Shown piece by piece: positions 9,093-17,008 of a stretch of DNA of 32,000 nt. The notes under the pieces are model-generated. The model made no database searches and was not told the DNA's origin. It saw only the letters and a program-made list of their open reading frames with translations. The position numbers and the translations under genes were made by a program. This DNA comes from Candidatus Lokiarchaeum ossiferum (lineage in GTDB: Archaea > Asgardarchaeota > Lokiarchaeia > Sigyniarchaeales > Promethearchaeaceae): contig CP104013.1 of NCBI GenBank assembly GCA_025839675.1, forward strand, positions 1,410,001 to 1,442,000. Reading direction: 5' to 3'. Position 1 is the first letter of the stretch. Each line of letters opens with the position of its first letter.

Positions 9093-11162
9093 TTAATTAC
9101 GTAGAATTGAAAATTGATAGTCAGCGAGACCTTCGGTGCAGCTCACAATCATTAAAGTATGATCACCAGTTGCATAATTTGCTAAGTCTATAGCTTCGAG
9201 GGTTTCTTCCGACAAGTCATCAAGAACTAATGTCATGATATTGGAATATAATTCGACTCCATCAACAATATCAACTTTAATCAAGGTTACAATGAAATCA
9301 GTATTGGGTTTAGCAGGAGCGGTAAAAATGACAAGATCATCAGCATCATCAATAATTACTCCATTTATTGCAATATTATCTACATACCACCCTTCTTCTT
9401 CAGTCCCCCAATCAGTCATATAACGGAAGGCTAGCATAACTTCACCGGAATATGCGGAAAGATCGAATTTCATAGTGATCCATCCATCACTTTCACCATC
9501 CAAACCAGGTAGTTCTTCTTTGATTGCGGGATAGCCGTCAGGATGAATTTCATCAGTAGTATAATCATTTGCTAACGAAGTCCAAGTTTCACCGCCATCA
9601 GTCGAAATTTGTACAAAACCAAAATCCCATTCATGTTCGATGATGTACATAGTCTCAAAATTCAACACCGGATCTACAAATCCAGTAAGATCAAATTCAG
9701 CAGTCAATGCCAAATCATATTCTGGAATAGAAGATGTGGAATACCATTCTAGATCACCGTCACCATCTTGATCCACTTGAATCCATGTTGGTTTATCTGC
9801 TACATCATCCCCATTAAATTCAAATGAAGGAAGGAATGATTCTTTCAAATTATTGAATTTTATATAGTCAGAACCATAGGATCCTAATCGAGTGAACCCA
9901 GTTCTGTCATTTAAATAAGATTTAGTTTCTCCAAAATCAGATCCGAAATAATCGGTAACTGATGGTTGCATAACATTATAAATTCGTGCAGGATTTTCTT
10001 CAAAGTAAGCTCCGATGTCTATAAATATATAATTATATTTTTCATTTCCTGCATAATCAGAATGAAGTAAATTCGCGATCCTCCAGTCATGGTAAATTTC
10101 AGTAAAGGTTTCAGTATAGCCAAAATGGTTTAGGGCATTATTTAAACCTAAGATTCCAGGAATACCAGTTTTAACAAAATAACTCAGAAACTCGGCTCCA
10201 TAATGATCACCTAAATAGATCGACCATAATAAAGAACATCCATAGTCAGCTAATATATTAATATCCCCTTGATCACCCCATTCAGTTAATGAATTATCTG
10301 GTGTGGCCAAATAGGCTTCAATATCACCCCATGAAACTCCATACCCACATAAAGGTTCAGCATACATTGAGCATCCTTCATTCATGAAGGTATCATCATC
10401 AGGATTCCAGTCATCATGAATTAAATGTTGGTATTCATGAGCTACGGTTCCCATGTACATTTCAGCTCGATTATCCCAATCTGCACTATCAATTGAAATA
10501 ATGTTGCGATCAAACGCATCTTCAAAGACTCCCCAATAAAATCCAACAATGTAATAAGGATAGCTATCATCATAGTAGGCTTCATCCCTTATATTTGAGA
10601 TTAAAATAACATCACGCCCAGCGGGATCTACATAGGACTCATTAAGTTCAGCAAGTGTTCCATCATGAAATTCTGGAACTCCAAAATAGCTTGAAACTTT
10701 AGGATAGATATTTCCTTCAAATTCATCCATCATATAATCTACATGATCATCGGTGATAATTGGAGTATCCCTATTATCTGGAAAACTCATATCAACTTGG
10801 ACCCAAATTTCAGTGTGTTCACCAATGGCTCGCAGTTCAAACGCGTCTACAAAAATTCCGTCAGGCACATCAGCACTATAATCATCCAAACAATACCAAT
10901 TTACAATAGCTCCAATAGGATAATAATCTTCACCATCTAGGGTAGAAATTGCGTCAGCCACATTTATTTCCGGACTTGACACAGAAGGAAGATCAGACAT
11001 TTTTGTCTCCCGGAGACGTGGTCCAATATCCATAGGTTGTTTCATGATTGTTTCATCAATAGTTGTCGCAGATGAGGTCATCGTTAGTGCCAAGATAAAC
11101 GAACCTATAAACAACATAGGTAATATCAAGCACATCATAACTTTTCTTTTCATTTTTATCAC
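9093..11162 (-). CDS. Secreted zinc metalloprotease (MA-clan gluzincin; InhA/M6- or M30-like)
   Basis: 689-aa ORF with an N-terminal signal-like segment (KVMMCLILPMLFIGSFILALTMTSSA). The HExxH motif with a downstream Glu lies in VAHEYQHLIHDDWNPDDDTFMNEGCSMYAE. There is an Asp-box-like STDGGETW in the C-terminal beta-rich region. The exact MEROPS family is not resolvable by eye. Confidence 0.75.
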   Translation of the reverse strand: MIKMKRKVMMCLILPMLFIGSFILALTMTSSATTIDETIMKQPMDIGPRLRETKMSDLPSVSSPEINVADAISTLDGEDYYPIGAIVNWYCLDDYSADVPDGIFVDAFELRAIGEHTEIWVQVDMSFPDNRDTPIITDDHVDYMMDEFEGNIYPKVSSYFGVPEFHDGTLAELNESYVDPAGRDVILISNIRDEAYYDDSYPYYIVGFYWGVFEDAFDRNIISIDSADWDNRAEMYMGTVAHEYQHLIHDDWNPDDDTFMNEGCSMYAEPLCGYGVSWGDIEAYLATPDNSLTEWGDQGDINILADYGCSLLWSIYLGDHYGAEFLSYFVKTGIPGILGLNNALNHFGYTETFTEIYHDWRIANLLHSDYAGNEKYNYIFIDIGAYFEENPARIYNVMQPSVTDYFGSDFGETKSYLNDRTGFTRLGSYGSDYIKFNNLKESFLPSFEFNGDDVADKPTWIQVDQDGDGDLEWYSTSSIPEYDLALTAEFDLTGFVDPVLNFETMYIIEHEWDFGFVQISTDGGETWTSLANDYTTDEIHPDGYPAIKEELPGLDGESDGWITMKFDLSAYSGEVMLAFRYMTDWGTEEEGWYVDNIAINGVIIDDADDLVIFTAPAKPNTDFIVTLIKVDIVDGVELYSNIMTLVLDDLSEETLEAIDLANYATGDHTLMIVSCTEGLADYQFSILRN

Positions 11163-11371
11163 TAATTTCCTAAATCAATTGTTATTAATGTTTCACACAA
11201 CTGACGATTCTAGCATATCTCCGTCAATAATATTTAAAAAGTGTCGGATACTTTTCCCCATTACAAACGCGAAAATCAAAAGAATCACCCGTATCAACTT
11301 GTTTTTAGAAATTTAATTTTAAAATTAGGAAAAAACATTATAAATTTGACATTTAGTAAACTTCTGTCAAA

Positions 11372-12742
11372 TTATGCTAAAAAACCGGAGTAATCAAGAT
11401 AGAATTTCAATGCAGTATATGTGAATATTAATCCAGCAATTAGTAATCCCATAGCTATAATGGGGCCAATATACATCTTCATAATTTCAGATTTCGTAGG
11501 AGCGATTTCCACTAAACCAGATGATTCCGAAATACCTTGAACAAGAGCCTTATCCCCTTCGATAATGTGTTTTGGAGGCTGGGTTGCAATTGCCACCTCC
11601 CGCTTTTTCACATCAGCAGCCGTCCCTAGTAAAGTGATGGCAAATCCCATAAAAGATATAGAGATACTTAGTTTTGATCGTTCTTGATTTAAACCAATGA
11701 CAATGAATTGTTCTTTATCATCAGTTTTGGTATTGACCATTTGAGAAAACTCAAATAAATCATTTTCTAGTTTTGTGGTTAAATTTTGAATCTCTTTATC
11801 GGACGATTGCCAAGCCAATTCAATTTCTTGTAATGATGCATTCCACTGATTATACAATAGTGATCGTAACATATATTCATCGTTACTAATAGTTTCCGTT
11901 CGAGAATCGTGTTCTTCCCAAATGGAGGCCCATCGGGCTTCAAAATATAATTCAGCCATGTTCCATAGCTTTGAAATATTAAATTGAAGAATATAGAAAT
12001 TTCCAAATAATTCTTCAGAGTGATCGGTATAAGTCTTATTGATAATATCAAAAGTATGAGGATACGTGAAATCTAAAGCACTTGGAAATACATCTGTTAA
12101 ATTTTGTTGTTCTATGATTCCCACAGTTAAATTCTCATAGTTTGAACTATTAGTATAAAAGATTTCTCTAACTTGTGGTGTGGTTCGAATTTCACTAAAT
12201 TTGTAAAGGGAATTGGCATAGAATAAACTATCATAAATTTCCCTTCGGAGAGTGGCGTTAGCTTCGGTTATATTCATATTATTTGCACTAACCATTTCTT
12301 GTAAATATATATCCAATGATCGCACTTCAACTTCTAAAATCTGACGATATTGGCTACTTATATAGTCACAATCACCAATCATTTCCACTACATAATCATT
12401 CATTTTATCATATTCATCAATTTCTTCCGAAAGAATTTGTTCCGAATAATCCATTGCATCCTTAGTTTCATCGCTTATCCGATCCTCTTCCTTACTCAAC
12501 CAAGTTGCCATATTACTTTCTAAAGTCCGAATTTCTTGGGCATTACTGGTCACCAAATCATCAATTTCATTCATATTTGAAATCCGTTTTTGAGAAATAT
12601 TGAGTTGATCGATAGTGCGTAATTGATATATAGCAGTTTGATTTTCTTCCAATTCATTTGCCATCACGCTGTTCAATGCAGATATACCAGGAAGTATAGC
12701 GGAGGAAATAACCATAATTAATATTTTGTTTACCGATTTCAT
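11372..12742 (-). CDS. Membrane protein with a large helical extracytoplasmic domain (unknown function, sensor-like topology)
   Basis: 456-aa ORF with an N-terminal signal/anchor (ILIMVISSAILPGISALNSVMA) and a helix-prone E/N/Q-rich region of about 330 aa with many N-x-S/T sequons. Two C-terminal TM segments follow (ISISFMGFAITLLGTAA and YIGPIIAMGLLIAGLIFTYTAL). Confidence 0.6.
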   Translation of the reverse strand: MKSVNKILIMVISSAILPGISALNSVMANELEENQTAIYQLRTIDQLNISQKRISNMNEIDDLVTSNAQEIRTLESNMATWLSKEEDRISDETKDAMDYSEQILSEEIDEYDKMNDYVVEMIGDCDYISSQYRQILEVEVRSLDIYLQEMVSANNMNITEANATLRREIYDSLFYANSLYKFSEIRTTPQVREIFYTNSSNYENLTVGIIEQQNLTDVFPSALDFTYPHTFDIINKTYTDHSEELFGNFYILQFNISKLWNMAELYFEARWASIWEEHDSRTETISNDEYMLRSLLYNQWNASLQEIELAWQSSDKEIQNLTTKLENDLFEFSQMVNTKTDDKEQFIVIGLNQERSKLSISISFMGFAITLLGTAADVKKREVAIATQPPKHIIEGDKALVQGISESSGLVEIAPTKSEIMKMYIGPIIAMGLLIAGLIFTYTALKFYLDYSGFLA

Positions 12743-12985
12743 ATTCTAACCATCATTACAACTTTGTATATGAATCTATAAATTTGAAACCTAAAGGAAT
12801 TGTGACTATCTTTCTAGATCTTCGATGCAACAAAACTCCAAAAATTAAGAAATAAAAGCAAAACGTAGAATTAAAGCATTTAAAAACTCTTAAATTCCAG
12901 AATTTTACAACTAGAAAATGACTAGGAACTATAAAACTTATTACTAATTTTCACTCAGACAAATTATTTTAAGCCCATATAATCA

Positions 12986-13708
12986 TCAAATAGGCAAGTA
13001 AATGCTGAATTCTGCACCCATTCCTTCTTGAGAATCGATGTATATATACCCATCATGTTTTTGAATGATTTCATAGGCAGTAGCTAATCCTAATCCATTC
13101 CCATCTGCTTTTGTAGTGAAATATGGCGTAAAAATATCATTCAATATAGATTCGGGAATACCTGGCCCATTATCTTTGAATGTTAACTTTATCCAACGCG
13201 TTATGTTAGATTTGGCATTGTGAGGTTTAAAATTATTTAATTCTCTAATTGAAACTTTGATGATACCTGATTCAGTGATTGCTTGACGTGCATTTAGTAC
13301 GATATTTTGAACGACTTGACTAATCTGGTTTGGATCACATGAAATCTCCGAAATTTTTTGAGGAATTGAGTAAATAACCTTAATTCTGGATCCTGATAGA
13401 ATAAAATTTGTTGAATCTAAAACGATGTCTTCAATTGAGGCATTTTTCTTGATTGGATCACCTCCCTTTGAAAACTGCAAGAGTTGATTTGTTAATGTTG
13501 AAGCTTTATTGGCCGCGAATAAAGCATTTTCGAGATCATTTTTCAAATCTGAAGGTTGATCTAAATCAAGGAGATTCATTGACAAAGTTCCTGTAATCAT
13601 TGTCAGAATATTATTTAAATCGTGGGCAATTCCACCAACCAGCAGTGAAAGGGATTTATCCGATATATCCCGACTATTATGACATTCAGAAACCATGGGA
13701 TTCAACAT
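12986..13708 (-). CDS. Histidine kinase catalytic core (HisKA + HATPase_c) with no sensor or TM domain
   Basis: 240-aa ORF with H-box GGIAHDLNNILTMI, N-box VVQNIVLNARQA, G1 box FKDNGPGIP and G2 box GNGLGLA. An SD-like AAGGAGAG lies 7-14 nt upstream of the ATG, so the short N-terminus looks genuine. Confidence 0.88.
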   Translation of the reverse strand: MLNPMVSECHNSRDISDKSLSLLVGGIAHDLNNILTMITGTLSMNLLDLDQPSDLKNDLENALFAANKASTLTNQLLQFSKGGDPIKKNASIEDIVLDSTNFILSGSRIKVIYSIPQKISEISCDPNQISQVVQNIVLNARQAITESGIIKVSIRELNNFKPHNAKSNITRWIKLTFKDNGPGIPESILNDIFTPYFTTKADGNGLGLATAYEIIQKHDGYIYIDSQEGMGAEFSIYLPI

Positions 13709-14060
13709 AACCTTCTCTCCTTACTAAAAAAAAAAAATTTTGATTTTTGGGGGAAAAAAAAGGAAAATTAGATTTCTAACAGGTGTGTTATTTGTTTCTT
13801 CCTTGACTAAAAATATATTCCACCAACTATTTATTTATTTGGAATTTTCTTTCATACCAACTTCATTGTTTTTTATTCTATCTAAAGCATTATAATGAAT
13901 ATTTTAGAGGTCTTTCATACTCTATATTATTTTTTACAAAATAATCATTATTATTGAAGTGAATTGGGGCCATTGATTGGTATATTAATTTCTTAATTTA
14001 ATTTAATTAATTCAAAATTGAATTTTTTGTCTGGCATATTATGCAAATTTTTCCAATTTA

Positions 14061-14068
14061 TTTATAAA
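14061..14068 (+). promoter_or_regulatory. Candidate archaeal TATA box for the repeat-protein gene
   Basis: TTTATAAA lies 53 nt upstream of the ATG at 14121, and an SD-like AAGGT lies at 14107-14111. AT-rich context makes chance matches likely. Confidence 0.25.
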
Positions 14069-14120
14069 GATTTAAATTATTCTCCTTCTCTAGATCAATA
14101 ATCATTTAAGGTTGTTTATT

Positions 14121-14729
14121 ATGATGCAAAAAAAAAACAATATGATAAATCTATGTGCTCTCATTTCAATTGGAATTTTGGCATATTTCACCGTTTTGGC
14201 AGGGAAAATCTTATTTTTGAATTCAATCGAAGAAAATACGAACTTATCAACTATTATTATAGATTCTCAATTGAAACACGAAACTTTATTACACGATTTT
14301 ATAACCATGTTTAATAAAGAAACAGAAAGACCGGGAACACCTCAATTCATCCAGGATTTCATAAATATGTTTAATAAAGATAAAGAAGGACCGGGAACAC
14401 CTCAGTTCATCCGGGATTTCATAACTATGTTTAATAAAGATAAAGAAGGACCGGGAACACCTCAATTCATCCAAGATTTCATAACCATGTTCAATAAAGA
14501 TAAAGAAGGACCGGGAACACCTCAGTTCATCCGGGATTTCATAACTATGTTTAATAAAGATAAAGAAGGACCGGGAACACCTCAATTCATCCAAGATTTC
14601 ATAACCATGTTCAATAAAGATAAAGAAGGACCGGGAACACCTCAATTCATCCACGATTTTATAACCATGTTTAATAAAGGTAAAGAAGGACCGGGAACAC
14701 CTCAATTCATAAAACTAATAGTTTCTTAA
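14121..14729 (+). CDS. Signal-anchored tandem-repeat protein (7 x 20-aa module [H/Q/R]DFI[T/N]MFNK[D/E/G][K/T]E[G/R]PGTPQFI)
   Basis: The ORF is open from TTG 14112; I prefer ATG 14121, which has AAGGT 9-13 nt upstream. The N-terminus is KK followed by a hydrophobic segment (MINLCALISIGILAYFTVLAGKILFL). The rest is almost entirely seven in-frame copies of a 60-nt unit, and an oligo-T run follows the stop. Confidence 0.8.
   Translation: MMQKKNNMINLCALISIGILAYFTVLAGKILFLNSIEENTNLSTIIIDSQLKHETLLHDFITMFNKETERPGTPQFIQDFINMFNKDKEGPGTPQFIRDFITMFNKDKEGPGTPQFIQDFITMFNKDKEGPGTPQFIRDFITMFNKDKEGPGTPQFIQDFITMFNKDKEGPGTPQFIHDFITMFNKGKEGPGTPQFIKLIVS
14292..14711. repeat. Tandem repeat, period exactly 60 bp, about 7 copies; 14401-14520 is identical to 14521-14640
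   Basis: Read directly from the sequence: successive 60-nt blocks align without indels. Blocks 14401-14460 and 14521-14580 are identical, as are 14461-14520 and 14581-14640. Confidence 0.97.
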
Positions 14730-14737
14730 TTATATCA

Positions 14738-14747
14738 TTTTTTTTTT
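14738..14747 (+). terminator. Oligo-T (T10) tract after the repeat-protein gene
   Basis: A T10 run starts 9 nt after the stop codon at 14727-14729. Confidence 0.45.
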
Positions 14748-14808
14748 ATGGGAAAAATATTTAGGAATACAAATAGTTAAACAAAATAGAATTATTGGTT
14801 TGAGATCA

Positions 14809-15942
14809 ATGATAAAACGACCAAAATTACGAAATTTGAAACAAGAAGAACTTAAAATACTTATGGAATTTCAGGAAAACCCATTTATCACTTTTGAGGA
14901 ATTGGCTCAGAAGACTAAAATATCAAAATCAGTGGTCTTTAGGACGATTAAGAAATTCGAAGATCCTTCCTTAAAACCAGCATATCTAACAATTGTAGCT
15001 ATTCCCAATTTAAGGGCTTTGAATTTTGAAAACTTTGAAGTATTTGTAGAAGCAGAACAAACCCACCAAATAAAGTCAATTATTACATTATGTGAAGAAC
15101 ATCCTTATATTTGGTACTATGCTCGCTGTTATGGAAAAATAAATGGATTTTCAATCCAATATCGTACACCCAAGGGAACGAGGCACCAAATTCAAGAACT
15201 TCTTGATATTCTAAAAACAAAAAATCTTATTCAGAATTATTATGTATTAAATTTTGAAGAAAATGTAATTTATACCCACCCTCAAGTAAAAAATTGGGAT
15301 ATGGAAACATTATCTTGGAATTTTGACTGGAATGAATGGTTTTTAAAAAAAATAGAAAAAATCCCAATTCAACAGCAGCAAAAAAATAGAGAAAAACGAC
15401 TATTAACTAATTTAAAGCAGATAGATTTACTCATATTAAAAGAATTATTAAGAAATTCCCGAAGAAAGAATATAGAAATGATTCAATGTATGAAAACGAA
15501 TGGTTGGGAAATTTCTCAACAGCAATTTAGTAAAAAAGCTAATTATTTAAAAGAAGTCTTTATTCTTGACTATAGAGCCGAAATTCATCCCGAAACATTA
15601 GATATTCTGACTCCTGTTTTGCTATGGGGAAGAGGTGAACAAGAAGAAATCCTAAAATTGGCAGTGAAAATAAAACAATTTCCAATCCCTTTTATTTCAA
15701 CTTTTAAATATAACAAGACGTTAGTTTATTGGTATTTGCACCTATCTACATTTCAGTTAGCAGAATTATTATTAAACTTACGACCAATTTTAAGTGAAAT
15801 ACACTTTTTCTTTATTGATTTCCCACATTCTGAAAAATTTTCCTTGGAAACATCCAATTTTAATGAAAATCAGCATGATTGGATTCAAACGGACCAGTTT
15901 ATAATTTATGATGTGTTGGAAAAAATATTAAAATCTCGCTAA
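14809..15942 (+). CDS. Putative transcriptional regulator with two Lrp/AsnC-like winged-HTH halves
   Basis: The ORF is open from TTG 14800, with the first ATG at 14809. The first wHTH-like segment is EELKILMEFQENPFITFEELAQKTKISKSVVFRTIKKF. A second lies about 200 aa later (IDLLILKELLRNSRRKNIEMIQCM...). Each is followed by a domain of about 100 aa, suggesting internal duplication. Confidence 0.6.
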   Translation: MIKRPKLRNLKQEELKILMEFQENPFITFEELAQKTKISKSVVFRTIKKFEDPSLKPAYLTIVAIPNLRALNFENFEVFVEAEQTHQIKSIITLCEEHPYIWYYARCYGKINGFSIQYRTPKGTRHQIQELLDILKTKNLIQNYYVLNFEENVIYTHPQVKNWDMETLSWNFDWNEWFLKKIEKIPIQQQQKNREKRLLTNLKQIDLLILKELLRNSRRKNIEMIQCMKTNGWEISQQQFSKKANYLKEVFILDYRAEIHPETLDILTPVLLWGRGEQEEILKLAVKIKQFPIPFISTFKYNKTLVYWYLHLSTFQLAELLLNLRPILSEIHFFFIDFPHSEKFSLETSNFNENQHDWIQTDQFIIYDVLEKILKSR

Positions 15943-16105
15943 AGAGTTTTTTCTTATCTAAAAAGGGCATTCCGATTGAAAATTTACGCTTAATTAGAAA
16001 AAATTTCTCAAAACTGCAAAAATGGACAAATTTATAACTTTTTAAGAAGAAATTTTAACTTGTAATTATATTCCATTAACAATATGTTTGGAAAAGAAGG
16101 GAAAA

Positions 16106-16180
16106 TGGTGCGCCCACCGGTGATTGAAACCGGATCTCCGGGTTGGAAACCCGAAATGCTAACCGTTACACTATAGGCGC
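16106..16180 (-). tRNA. tRNA-Gly (anticodon UCC), CCA encoded
   Basis: The minus-strand sequence GCGCCTATAGTGTAACGGTTAGCATTTCGGGTTTCCAACCCGGAGATCCGGTTTCAATCACCGGTGGGCGCACCA was folded by hand. The 7-bp acceptor stem is GCGCCTA/TGGGCGC. The anticodon stem TCGGG/CCCGG carries loop TTTCCAA (anticodon TCC). The T stem CCGGT/ACCGG carries loop TTCAATC. The discriminator is A, followed by CCA. Confidence 0.9.
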
Positions 16181-17008
16181 ACAAATGATTTGTCTAATAA
16201 TAACAAGAAGTTAAGTGAATAATGAGTTTTAAAATTTTTGATTCTAACTTTGAATTGACATTTTTAACTTATTATATTGTGGATAGAAAGATGCTTATCA
16301 AACTCAAATTACGATGAAGAATCAAAAAAATATGATGGAAACCAACTTTTAAGCTTTTCAAATCAAATCAAAATTCTTTGTTCCAACCATGAAGATATAT
16401 CTTGAAAAAAGAATATTTGCAAATAATCCCATAAAAGAAAACAATCAAATTGGATCGAGTGAAGTTTGGAGGTTATACAATCATATTGCAACCATTTAAG
16501 GGTCTTATTGTGCTCATTGTTTTCAAAAGCCGATTATATTACGCAAAATAATCAGTATATCGCTTTATAAAGAAAGCAAATAAAAAATTCGAAATGAAAA
16601 ACCTCATTCATGAAACAGTTAGATTAAATAAAATAATCTATTCCGGAGATTCAAAGCCCTTCGATATGTTAATCCACAAAATTTTTCAGAACCTAAAATC
16701 TGAGGAGATTTCCTTTCCAATGAAAAATTAATGTTTGATGCCCATCAAGAGCGCCACATTTTTTTGTCTTCACTCAAATATATTTTCCCACACGTATAAG
16801 GAAATAAAAATGGAAATTAAAACCAAAGGTTTCAGTATAAGAAGTAAAAATATATTTAAACATGATAAAGGAAAATATTTCACTGAAATTAGTCCACAAC
16901 TAAGAAAATTTCATTAATCGGCTAAATTATGTCGGTATCGTCACATGACTAGTAATTTATAGGGATCAAAAACAATGTTGGAGTACGGATTATATTAAGG
17001 TCTTAAAA

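Noticed and set aside
14289-14705. 138-aa ORF on the minus strand across the tandem repeat (MRCSRSFF... repeated)
   Set aside because: It is open only because the 60-bp unit happens to lack stops in that antisense frame. It has no signal, start context or plausible composition, whereas the plus-strand frame has an N-terminal signal/anchor, an SD-like site and a downstream oligo-T tract.
14292-14711. Could the 60-bp periodic array be a CRISPR array?
   Set aside because: The units are contiguous and near-identical over their full length, with no unique spacers. The repeat lies wholly within a single open reading frame, and no cas genes are in the window.
14112-16180. Integrated mobile element using tRNA-Gly as the attachment site
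   Set aside because: The tRNA 3' end faces the repeat-protein/regulator side. However, I could find no integrase, transposase or recombinase gene and no direct repeat of the tRNA 3' segment (tggtgcgcccaccgg...) elsewhere in the window.
16735-16917. 60-aa ORF in the tRNA-metzincin gap
   Set aside because: It is the minimum length for the track and has a TTG start, no SD-like sequence, a lysine/phenylalanine-rich low-complexity composition and no motif. It is retained only as part of the non-coding-gap finding.
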